Source: Octopus sinensis (taxonomy: Eukaryota). From it: a stretch of DNA of 64,000 nucleotides. This document shows positions 12,692 to 22,849 of the stretch, one piece after another. Location: contig NC_042999.1 in NCBI RefSeq assembly GCF_006345805.1, positions 69,378,001 through 69,442,000 on the forward strand. Direction: 5' to 3'. Position numbers and translations under genes: made by a program. How positions within the stretch are numbered: position 1 is the first letter of the stretch; the number at the start of each line of letters is the position of its first letter. The notes below the pieces were generated by a model. The model was given only the letters and a program-made list of their open reading frames with translations. It had not been told where the DNA came from and made no database searches.

Positions 12692-12733
12692 CACAACGTT
12701 TTGGCTGATATACCCTCCAGCCTTCAACAGGTG
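12692..12733 (-). ncRNA. Hammerhead motif with mutated catalytic core
   Basis: Minus strand CAC-CTGTTGA-aggctg..cagcc-AAAA-cgttgtg; both conserved boxes altered. Confidence 0.55.
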
Positions 12734-12857
12734 TCTTGGGGAAATTTCGGACCTGGGGTTTCATGCATAAGGTATTTTTCGTTGTTGTTGTTGTTATAAT
12801 TATTATTATTGAGGTCACTGCCTGGAACGAGAACCCAGGTTCGAAATTTCCCCAAAG

Positions 12858-12899
12858 CACCTGATGAAGGCTGGGAAGTATATCAGCTGAAACGTTGTG
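12858..12899 (+). ncRNA. Minimal type I hammerhead ribozyme motif, core intact
   Basis: CAC-CTGATGA-A-GGCTG(ggaagtatat)CAGCT-GAAA-CG-TT-GTG: CUGANGA and GAAA boxes, stem II, minimal palindromic ACGU stem III, stem I CAC/GTG. Confidence 0.7.
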
Positions 12900-13371
12900 T
12901 TAACAACAAACAAGATGAGGATAAATATCCGTCAAATGTAAATAATGTACATAATTCCTCATCTCTTAAATATAGAACTGCCTAAATACCAATCTTGAGA
13001 AATAAGGCTTCTCAAAACCAGAAAGGAGAAAACTAATTCGAAGACTACAGATTCAATCCGTCATTGGAACAGTAAAAATCTGTAAAACATTCCAGAAGTT
13101 TATCATTTAAGTATATATGAGCTGTCTAGATATGCAACTATATGCATGAGAATACATACATAAAGCAAAGCATACATACATACACTGTTGATGTTGAAAT
13201 TCCAACGAAGGAGCCTTGGATTTGGGTTAGATACCGTTTTTTTCTCGATTAGCAAGAAATCTTGAAATAAAACTGAATAATGACATACATTCATATCTGC
13301 AACACCTTAAGATTTAAAGAACGATGAACAAAACAAGATGCTTTCTTTCACAACCTAAAAATTAACACTAA

Positions 13372-13375
<4 letters not shown>

Positions 13376-13436
<61 letters not shown>
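13376..13436. repeat. (GA)n microsatellite
   Basis: Direct reading. Confidence 0.95.
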
Positions 13437-13438
<2 letters not shown>

Positions 13439-13726
13439 CATACATATTTGAACGTATACACATACAGTAACAAAACATATTCACCTGTTTTCTATTGAGA
13501 CATACACACCCACGGGTGCAAGTTTATCCACACGTACACTCATATGCACGTTATGGTAACACTCATAATAAGGATAGGTATAGACTGCATAAGGAGTACA
13601 CTGGTCACCCTGTATTTCAGATTTTTGAAAACCTTAACCCATTGCCTGCCATGAGCCCCATTTGGGGATCTGCTAAAAACAGTCTCACTGCTGGTTGTTC
13701 GTTGTATTTAAAGTGAATTACTTATG

Positions 13727-14300
13727 TATCAGGTCATCCCATAAGTTCTGTCCGAATTTTAAATAAAGAAAACAACTGATCAAATGTTATATTTAATTGA
13801 AATTTAATCATCAGTGTACTTTCCCTGATTATCTATGACTTCCTTCTATCTATTTACAAGATTTTTAATCCCATCAATATAAAACTCTTTTGGTTTCAAA
13901 GCGAAGAACTCTGAAATGTTAATTTCGACCTCCTCCTGACTTGCGAAAGTTATGTCCCTCAAATGATTCTGTAAACTACGAAACAAATGGTAGTCTGAAG
14001 GAGCAAGGTCGGGAGAATAAGGTGGATGAGGAATTTTTTCCCAACCTAGCTCTTGGCTTGCGAAAGTTATGTTCCCCAAATCATTCTGTAAACTACGAAA
14101 TAAATGGCAGTCTGAAGGAGCAAGGTTAGGAGAATAAGGTGGATGAGGAATTTTTTCCCAAACAAGCTCTTCGATCTTCTGTGATGTGGTCTTTGCAGTG
14201 TGGGGTCGCGCATTGTTTTGATAAAACATCACTCCTTTTCGATTCACTAAAGTGGGTCTTTTTTTCTTCAAAGCTTGGTTCAAACGCTCTAATTGCTGAC
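13727..14300 (-). mobile_element. Mariner 3' fragment with a 117 bp in-frame internal tandem duplication
   Basis: TIR-like tatcaggtcatcccataag at 13727; YQNNARPHTA and two copies of WEKIPHPPYSP(N/D)LAPSD(C/Y)HLFRSLQN. Confidence 0.9.
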
Positions 14301-15055
14301 AGTAGATTGCATTTGCAGAGGTATGTTTAACAATATTTAGTAATTAAAGTCTGTGATTATTAGCTCTGGATAATTCTAGAAGACATTTTATGTCATAAAT
14401 CGCAATTTTTGAACTACAAAAATATTGGCTGTTATTGAAAACGTTTTTTTTTTGGGGGGGGGCATTTCCCATCTATATCATTCATTGATATTTCATATAC
14501 ATTCCCATTTGACACTATAGTTTAAAAATTAGTTTTTAAAAAATGTTTATTATTGCAATTGAATAGCAAAGGATAAATGTGCTTTTTTTCAGCGATCCCC
14601 TTTTGGGACTTTCCGAAAAATTTATCATAATTTCCAAAATAATTCACATATGTAGAAAATTTAAATACTATATATTACTTTAACTCCTAAGACACCTGGA
14701 AAAGCCAAGAAATATGAGTAAAAAATTCGGCAGTGAATGGATTCAATACTGAATTTGATGGCATTTAGGACGCCTTTTTTTTTTCTTCTTCTTCTACTTT
14801 TCGAAAAAATATTTACAAAAATCATCCCAAATCCTATAAGTGAGTTTGGTGCTTCCTCAAAGTTTAAAGCATTTAAAACTCTCTTTGTCCTGAATATGCG
14901 CTGCTGAAATTGAGATGCAGCTAATGTGCCCGTGTGTTTTTTAGGCCATCAGACATTTTTAACCTACAGACCCCTTTGGTTCGCATTTTCCTCTACTGGA
15001 CCCTAAAAAAGATCCTATTATATTTTAATAGCTAAATATTATTAGAAATTGTTTT

Positions 15056-15428
15056 CTTTTATTTGTTTCAGTCATTTGACTGCGGCCATGCTGGAGTACC
15101 GCCTTTAGTCGAACAAATCGACCCCAGGACTTGTTCTTTATAAGCCTATTCTGTCGGTTTCTTTTGCCGAACTGCTAGGTTACGGAGACGTAAACACACC
15201 AACAGCGGTTGTCAAGCGATGGTGGGAGTACAAATACAGATACACAAACACACACACATATATATACGACGGGCTTCTTTCAGTTTCCGTCTACCAAATC
15301 TACTCACTTGGCTTTGGTCGGCCCGAGGCTATAGTAGAAGACACCGGCCCAAAGTGACACGCAGTGGGGCTGAACCCTAAACCATGTGGTTGGGAAGCAA
15401 GCTTCTTACCACACAGCCACGCCTGCTC
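15056..15428 (-). mobile_element. SINE family B, full length
   Basis: Head ggagcaggcgtggctgtgtggtaag; tail cagtcaaatgactgaaacaaataa. Confidence 0.9.
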
Positions 15429-15785
15429 CTAAAAAATTGTTAAAATATTTTGTGCATAGCAGAAGTTTAACCAGTCTACTGGGCATTTTAATAAACTTTT
15501 ATGTGGACCCCAACGGGTCATATGACTCTCTCCCCCCCCCACCGTCCCGGGTTATATGGACTCCGGCTGAGAACGAAATGGTATATGCCATAGGTAAAAA
15601 AAAAAGCAAAGAAACTGAAGTCGTATAAAGATAGGCATGTGTCCATGATGCGATGCACGCGCACACATATGTATGTGTGTGTGTGTGTGTGTTTATCCTT
15701 TTCTCTCGATATACAGGTCAGGCTATATTTATAGCGGTTAATAAATTTAAAATAAAACTAGTTTTAATTAGCACACCCCTCTCTT

Positions 15786-15816
<31 letters not shown>

Positions 15817-16019
15817 CACACACACACACATATATATCTTCAACGAGGACAGGCCAAGGCAAGCAGTGTTCGTGACAGAAAGTGAATTCAGTAGTTCAAA
15901 TATTGATTTCTTCCCAACAAGTTCTTCACCAATCTCTCTATATTTCTAAAACTTTGACATGGTTTCAACCGAGATTAAAATAAATAAATGAAGCCACTTT
16001 TCTGTCAGCTGTTACTTGG

Positions 16020-16119
16020 CTAAGTGACCAAGTCACAGCTGACACGTACGCGCTGGATAGATACATATACACCTATAGTATGCTTATTACACACACACAC
16101 ATTTGTATGTGTGTGTGTG

Positions 16120-16151
<32 letters not shown>

Positions 16152-16510
16152 CATTTGTATATGTCTACATGAAATATATTCGTTACACACACCGTTGTAT
16201 ATACATCCACCTACGGTATGGTTTATCACACGCATACAGACCGATGTATACACTTACCTATGTTTTTATACACATGTATTTGCATACATCTGTTTTCAGT
16301 ATGTTCTATACACATTATACACGTTTATATACAATCTACACACCTTATGTTTTATGCACGGCTACCCACGCTCTTTTACCCACTTTATGTTCTACACACA
16401 CACACACACACACGCATACACACAATTGTATATACCTATACACGTTCTTTACACACACAATTGTATGTATATATACATGAATATATATATATATTTATAT
16501 ATATGTATCT
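16020..16510. repeat. Cryptic CA/TA microsatellite field
   Basis: Degenerate (CA)n/(TA)n; source of spurious HTHT/YIYI ORFs. Confidence 0.9.
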
Positions 16511-16517
16511 TTATCTT

Positions 16518-16650
16518 TTATCTTTTACTTGTTTCAGTCATTTGACTGCGGCCATGCTGGAGCACCGCCTTTAGTCGAGCAAATCGACCCCGGGACTTAT
16601 TCTTTGTAAGCCCAGTACTTATTCTATCGGTACTTATTTGCCGAACTGCT
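16518..16650 (-). mobile_element. SINE family B tail fragment
   Basis: cttgtttcagtcatttgactgcggccatgctgg. Confidence 0.8.
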
Positions 16651-16653
16651 AAG

Positions 16654-16698
<45 letters not shown>

Positions 16699-16850
16699 CA
16701 GTAATCCCTCGACTATCGCGGGTGTTACGTTCCAAAAAACCCCGCGATAGGTGAAAATCCGCGAAGTAGAAACAGTAATGTACTGTATATTTTTTTTAAT
16801 TATTTTTATAATTTGTATCTATTTATTTGATTATAAATGCAAAACAACAG
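16699..16850 (+). mobile_element. pogo/Tigger-type transposon terminus
   Basis: CAGTAATCCCTCGACTATCGCGGG..CCGCGATAGGTGAAAATCCGCG resembles Tigger TIRs. Confidence 0.7.
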
Positions 16851-16908
16851 CACAAAGGACAAGTCGACGTAAGTTTAAGTAATAAACCGCAATATGGCGA
16901 GGGACTAT

Positions 16909-16956
<48 letters not shown>

Positions 16957-17085
16957 CACACACATATAGTATGTTCTATACAAATACACACACACATACT
17001 TGTATACATCTCCACCATATGTTGTTTAAACACACGCATCTACTTCCAGTTTGTTCCTCTCTTTCACACTCACACATACATACAT

Positions 17086-17120
<35 letters not shown>

Positions 17121-17499
17121 GAGTTTCAAATAACTTGAAAATAAACAGTTGAAACATAAGGCACTCGTTTGTCTTCTCTGGACATTTTCGATGTTTACCG
17201 TTCCGGGAAGGGGAATGGAGCGCTGTGACATTCATGCCTTTCCCTGGAGTATTGTCAAAAGCTGAATTGATATGTATGGATGCGTGTTTGTATGCATATA
17301 TATATATATATATATATATATTTGCGGGTGTATGTGTGTTGTATGTATGTATGTGCCGATGTGTATGTTTATATATGTACGTATTACATGTTGGATATAC
17401 GTGTATTTGTATACAAATACAACACACACACACGCTGATGCTTGTTTTTATGTTTAGTTATAATCAAAGCAATTTTACATTAATCTGAGGCATTACTCT

Positions 17500-17570
17500 A
17501 CCCAACGATGGCTTAACCGGCCGAAACTTCGAAGTCGCTCTCAACAATATCCTTCTTTAAGAATACACAC
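17500..17570 (+). mobile_element. pLTR-like fragment with a degenerate hammerhead (palindromic stem III ACTTCGAAGT)
   Basis: ggcttaaccggcc-GAAA-cttcgaag-TC; near-identical copy at about 18722-18790. Confidence 0.5.
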
Positions 17571-17905
17571 ATACATACATATATACTTACATACTCACAC
17601 ACGCATACATACATAATACATACATACATATATACACACACATACATATATACATACATACATATATATACTCACACACGTACACACATATATACTTACA
17701 CACATACACGCACACATACATACATATATACTTACATACTCACACACGCACACATACATAATACATACATATATACACACACATACATATATATATATAC
17801 ATACATATATACTCACACACGTACACATACACACATATATACTTACACACACACGCACACACAAATACATACATATGCATAATATATACACTCACACACA
17901 CACAC
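17570..17905. repeat. Cryptic (TACA)n/(CA)n field
   Basis: Direct reading. Confidence 0.9.
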
Positions 17906-17907
17906 AC

Positions 17908-18128
17908 ACGAAGAGGTGCTGAAAAGTTCCTGGCTTTAAGGGTGTCGCGGAAGGTCTGGCTGGAGGCCTAACCTTCCGAGGTCTTTTACAAGGCTGAGAA
18001 AAACTGAAGGACCTCTGCAATCTGTGTGAGAATCTGAGAAAGGAATATTTTGAATAGAATCATAATTAAATGATCCTCCCGTGTTCTCTTTTACCCCCAA
18101 ACCAGGAAGTTTTCAGCACCCCGTCGTA
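17908..18128. mobile_element. Mariner-derived MITE
   Basis: TIRs acgaagaggtgctgaaaagttcctgg / ccaggaagttttcagcaccccgtcgta; sister copy at 48519-48740 in the opposite orientation. Confidence 0.8.
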
Positions 18129-18721
18129 CAGAAAGAGGGGGGAGAGGAAGGAGGTGTACACATGTATGTTGGTTCCGATGTATGTATGTATGTATGTATG
18201 TATGTATGTATGTATGCCCAAATCTTTGTATACTTAAGTATTAAGTTAACGCGACTTTGTTCAACGATATGACAGCAATACTTGTTAAACAACAAATATA
18301 TATATATACCACAAAGCGTCAATATGCAATCACCATTGTTAAACTTGATTATCACCATAATATAACATATTGTATGAACGTGTCAACTGGTTTCCTTGAA
18401 AAAGGCGATACTGTCACAGCATTCTAGAGAACAATTTACGATTATATCGAAACAAACGAATATAAATTAGCATTGATTTATTTTTCAGTTTATTTATTTA
18501 TTTGCTGCTTTTTAAGTCAGTAAATTTCGTATGTACAACCAACCAGCTGATTTCCGTTTCTGTCCGGCAACACGAAAGAACTTGCCAACACTGGTTGACA
18601 TATTAAGAGAGGAGAAAAAAAAAAGGGGATGTATGTACCAACACACACACACACACACATAAACATGTTGACGCGCGCGCGTAAATTTATTAATCTTAGA
18701 CAAGAATATGACTGGCAGTGA

Positions 18722-18790
18722 CCTCGTCGAACGCTGGCTTAACTGGCCGAAACTTCGAAGTCACTATCAATAATATTGTTGCTTAAGAAT
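18722..18790 (+). mobile_element. Second copy of the pLTR-like fragment with a degenerate hammerhead
   Basis: ggcttaactggcc-GAAA-cttcgaag-TC. Confidence 0.5.
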
Positions 18791-18879
18791 AATAAAGTTT
18801 TACTCTACAGAAATATAGAGTAACCCTCCAGATTAATGTAAAATTGTTTTTATTATTACTGAATATAAAAGCAAACGTT

Positions 18880-19190
18880 AATATGTGTGTGTATGTATGT
18901 ATGTATGTATGTATGTATGTATGCATGCATGTATGTACGTACGTATGAGTGTATGTATGTGTGTGTGTATGTATGTATGTGTGTGTATGTAGGTATGTGT
19001 GTATGTATGTGCGTGTATGTGTGTATATATATGTGTACGTATGTGTGTATGCATGCGTGTATCTGTATGTGTGTGTATGTACGTATGTGTGTGTGCATGT
19101 ATGTGTGTATATGTATGCAGGAGTGTGTATATATATGTGTGTATATGTATGTGTGCATGTATGTATGTGTGTATGTATGCTTATATATGC
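18880..19190. repeat. Cryptic (TATG)n/(TG)n field
   Basis: Direct reading. Confidence 0.9.
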
Positions 19191-19216
19191 GAGCCCACAC
19201 GATGGGTGGAGTAAAA

Positions 19217-19341
19217 TAGTATTTTTATAGAAGCTGGAAAAACTTCACACACTCTTACCAGAGTTTCACGGGACTGATCATCAGACAGTCACAGTCGTAT
19301 TCTAAACAAGTTTGTGAAGTTTTTTCAGCTTTGATAAAAAC

Positions 19342-19343
<2 letters not shown>
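19217..19343. mobile_element. Small fold-back (about 33 bp arms) enclosing a hammerhead-like core
   Basis: tagtatttttatagaagctggaaaaacttcacac versus inverted tgtgaagttttttcagctttgataaaaacta; minus-strand CTGATGA..GAAActctggtaagagt in the loop. Confidence 0.55.
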
Positions 19344-19372
<29 letters not shown>

Positions 19373-20290
19373 ATAGAGAGAGAGAGAGAGAGGGAGATTT
19401 CAACATTCCAAATTCATATATAGATGTTATATTTGTGTGAGGTATGTATAAAAGTAAAAAATGCAGGAAAATATTTTCCGCAAGCTAATATCAAAACTCC
19501 TATTAACAAATGAAACACATGTAATGGGGAATAAATAATACCCAAAAAAGTTTCCAACCCCCTGTTCATATATATATATATATATATATATAAACACACA
19601 GACACACACACACACACACACACCACACGTACACAGAGACTAAAACAGACATATACACATACACTCATCAATGAGCGAATCACTAAAGAAAATTGTGGAA
19701 TTTCTTTGCGAAGTTTGTTTCAAGATAAACCATTTTATATCTTTCGCAACAGAAAGCCAAAAAATTCGTTTTAAAGTTCTTTTACAAAAAGCTTTACAGT
19801 CAGAGGAGTTGTTAAGTAAATGTTGATTTAATGAGGAAATTAGTAAAACTCGATATAAAGAGAAGAAAAGGGTGAAATTATTGTTTCATCTTTCATGATT
19901 TAATTATGTATTTACATTGGAAACCGGGAAAATAGTGTATTTTATTGTGGTTTTCATGAAATTCGAGACTGCTTCCACCATACAGGAGTCATGTCATCAA
20001 CCGGTATCAACTGACAAGATATTTACAGTTTAAAAGCAGAAGAAATACTAGATTGATTGAATAACCGGATAGATCGTTATCCAAATAGAAAGACATTGTT
20101 TAATAAAAAGTGAATTGTGATGAAGTCTTTCTAATGAAAGATCGATCGCTACAATCAATCAATAGTCGTGAAACACATTTGGAAATTTATAAAACATAAC
20201 GACGATCGAGTCGAGACGTGGACTGACAGGAAGTAAGAAAGTTGTTTAAAAGTTTAGAAATCGTGTTGAATGTAATAAAAGGATGCAAAC

Positions 20291-20434
20291 CTCGTCAAGA
20301 ACATGTTCTAAGGGCTGTGAGTTTTTGATAACCTCTTCCTCAAGACCTGTCTCTATTTTACAATCTTCGGTTAGTAAAGTTTCCGAAATTTCATTTGGTT
20401 GGGGCTTCACGAAATGTTGTTGTAGCGCAACCAC
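20291..20434 (-). CDS. ESRP: ESRP homolog, second coding exon (144 nt, phase 0-0)
   Basis: Acceptor tccttcttataaacatacttctacag| and donor GAG|GTTTGC. Encodes VVALQQHFVKPQPNEISETLLTEDCKIETGLEEEVIKNSQPLEHVLDE, matching ESRP1 VGQLHEVLVRP..LTEDCKEETKID..QLDQALRQ. In frame with the previous exon. Confidence 0.92.
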
Positions 20435-20781
20435 CTGTAGAAGTATGTTTATAAGAAGGATTAAATAAGATCTAAACTAAACTAGGATTAAATCAGATTA
20501 TTTCTTAAAATGTATGTATAAACATTTTTTTTTCTCAAAGAATATTTATAAGATTATTTTAAAAACATGAATATTTGAGATGTTTTTAAATGTTAAAAAG
20601 TAGATCGAGAAGAAATGAAAATATTTAAATATTTAATTATGCAAACTAATCAGTTTGTTTTCTAAATTAAAAATTTTCGTATACATTAAAGGCAAGTTGA
20701 AATCAATATTAACAAGGCAAAGTGAGGTGTTGGCTGAGAGAGAGGGGAGTTTTAGAGAAGTTTTGTTTGTGTCTACATTAC

Positions 20782-20907
20782 CTTATTGTTGGTGACATCG
20801 TAGAGTAAATAGACCAGCAGTACAATTTGTTCTTCGTCAACACCCAGCTCTTCGCAGTTTTTCCCAGTTGTGGCACAAAATAAAGCTAAGATATGTGAGG
20901 TAGCCAT
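20782..20907 (-). CDS. ESRP: ESRP1/2 (fusilli) homolog, first coding exon (N-terminal DnaQ-like domain)
   Basis: Manual translation MATSHILALFCATTGKNCEELGVDEEQIVLLVYLLYDVTNNK (42 codons) resembles the recalled human ESRP1 N-terminus ([38 protein letters not shown]). ATG at 20907, in-frame TAA at 20913-20911 upstream, donor AAG|GTAATG at 20781. Not in the ORF track. Confidence 0.92.
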
Positions 20908-20944
20908 CCTTTTACGGAGCCGAGGGAGATGAACAAGGAAAAAA

Positions 20945-20980
20945 CTAAGAGGAAGAAAAGAGAAGAGAAAAAAAACCCCA
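20945..20980 (-). promoter_or_regulatory. Strong 3' splice site 37 nt upstream of the ESRP ATG (implies untranslated leader exon or exons)
   Basis: Minus strand ttttttttctcttctcttttcttcctcttAG| with AG at 20946-20945 and a pyrimidine run of about 30 nt. Confidence 0.65.
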
Positions 20981-21297
20981 AAACACTACAGAAGCCAGTC
21001 TTGACTCTTGGTGTTTTTGCTAAGAAGGTGTTTTGTATTAAGAGTGCCACATTACCTGTAGCCCAACTTCTTTTGAATAAGACCCTAGCTGATTGGATGA
21101 ATTCATCTAACGTGGCATTGACTGGATATCTTAGTTGGTATTCCGCGCTTGCGCGCAGGTGTGTTTTTACCTGTTGATTAACCAGCCGAGTAACACAAGC
21201 AAGCTGTTACAGTATAAAAAAAAATCCGCTCGTACCCAGGTGATTGATTCGCGCAAGTGAATGACAACACTTGTAAAGGGTATCATTTAAGTAACTC

Positions 21298-21352
21298 TCG
21301 CTTGAGGGTACATGAATAAGCCACGGTTTTATATATCCACCCGACTCCACCC
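21298..21352 (-). promoter_or_regulatory. Candidate proximal ESRP core promoter (2x GT-box, TATA, Inr)
   Basis: Minus strand GGGTGG at 21352-47 and 21342-37, TATAAAA starting 21333, TCA(+1) at 21303, so TATA is at -30. Downstream CAG|GTAA donors at 21170 and 21055. Confidence 0.6.
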
Positions 21353-21881
21353 AAAAATACCGACTCGGAAACTTTTTTCTTAGCTAATTGATGTGTGTGT
21401 GTTAACCTCTTCCTTTCTCCTTCCCCTTCTCTCTCTCTCTCTCTCTCTCTTTCTTTCTCTCTTTCTTTCTCTCACCTGTTGCTGATATTGTTGACTACTA
21501 TAATCAGATATCTACCGGACTGACTCAAAACAAAGATAGCAGCAGTTAACACATCAACAATAACTGCAACAACAATATACGAAAGGGCGCGATAACTTAA
21601 AAGTTACTTTCTCCGGTGATAAAGTTTCTTTAACAATGGAATTCCTTGAAGATCAAGAAGGATGACAAAAAACGACACAAAGTTCCTGATAACCAAAAGA
21701 AATTAACACACACTTATCTCTATACGTATATCTTGTCATCGTATCTTTCTTCCGATGCTGGCACAAATATATTTATGTATTCCAGTCGCATGGAGGGAGA
21801 CATTTTTGACCTATCCTAGTTTTTTTTCTCCTTCCCCCCTCTCTCTCGCTCTCTTTCTCTCTCTCACTCACTCTCACTAAC

Positions 21882-22151
21882 CTCGGTACAATTATTTAGT
21901 AGCTAATTACCCATTATCAATCCCATTCATCAGAGATGTCAAGTTTACAGAGAATAACTCGTATCGCAATGATTTTGTTTTTCTCTTCCTCCAAATCAGT
22001 TCTTTCTGACAGAACAAGAATTTTACGAAATAAAGCATTTTACTTTCTGTGTCGAAACCGGAAGAATTCGATGCTTTTGTGTTCTTCTTATTATTTTTAT
22101 TTCTTCTTCAACCAATTGGACGTTGTCGGTAAATTCTCCTCCTTTATAAAG
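21882..22151 (-). promoter_or_regulatory. Candidate distal ESRP promoter and non-coding leader exon
   Basis: TATAAA starting 22148 inside palindrome CTTTATAAAG; CA(+1) at 22117 puts TATA at -31; donor GAG|GTTAGT at 21881. Confidence 0.5.
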
Positions 22152-22405
22152 CTGATGAGTCGACAGAGACCTAATTAGTTGACAAAATTAGTGAATTACA
22201 TACAGCTAATTGCTCCCCGTTGTTGTCTCTACTACATAAAATTTGTATTTCATTTATTCTCTCTTAATTCGGGCGGCAACAGACGACAACATGAAGTTGT
22301 GGATCTGATGGCTTCGCGATCTCTTAAGGCCGATACTGAGAAAACAGCAGTGGTGGTGGTCGTGATGGGATTTAGGATAGAGAGAAAGTGAAGAATAATA
22401 ATTTT

Positions 22406-22800
22406 CAGGTATGGCTCTATGGTAAAAAGCTTGCTTCCCAATCACATGGTCCTGGATTCAGACCCACGACGTAGCATCTTGGGTAAGTGTCTTTTACTAT
22501 AGCCTCGGGCCGATCAAAGCTTTGTGAGTGGATTTGGTAGACGGAAACTGAAAGAAGCCTGTCGTGTGTATGTATATTAATGTGTGTGTGTCTGTGTTTA
22601 TCACCCCACTATCGCCTGACAACAGATGTTGGTGTGTTTACGTCTCCATGACTTAGTGGTTCGGCAAAAGAGACCAATAGAATAAGTACTAGGTTTACAA
22701 AGAATAAGTCCCGGGGTCGATTGCCTCGACTAAAAACCCTTTAAGGCAGTGTTCCAGCATGGCAGCAGTCAAATAACTGAAACAAGTAAAAGAATAAAAG
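22406..22800 (+). mobile_element. SINE family B, full length (bounds the ESRP promoter island)
   Basis: Matches the B consensus. Confidence 0.9.
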
Positions 22801-22849
22801 AATAGAAATGTGAGGTTTTTTTTTTCTGCCCCGGGCACTCCCCAACTGA

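Larger units (their letters stand above)
12648..12942. mobile_element. Fold-back pair of Penelope-type pseudo-LTR fragments (about 110 bp arms, about 75 bp spacer)
   Basis: 12648-12757 is the reverse complement of 12834-12942; each arm carries a hammerhead motif. Confidence 0.85.

Noticed and set aside
22145-22180. Plus-strand TATA/TTAGTT promoter reading of the same palindrome
   Set aside because: No downstream plus-strand ORF or exon before a SINE; the minus reading fits ESRP. A bidirectional or lncRNA promoter is not excluded.
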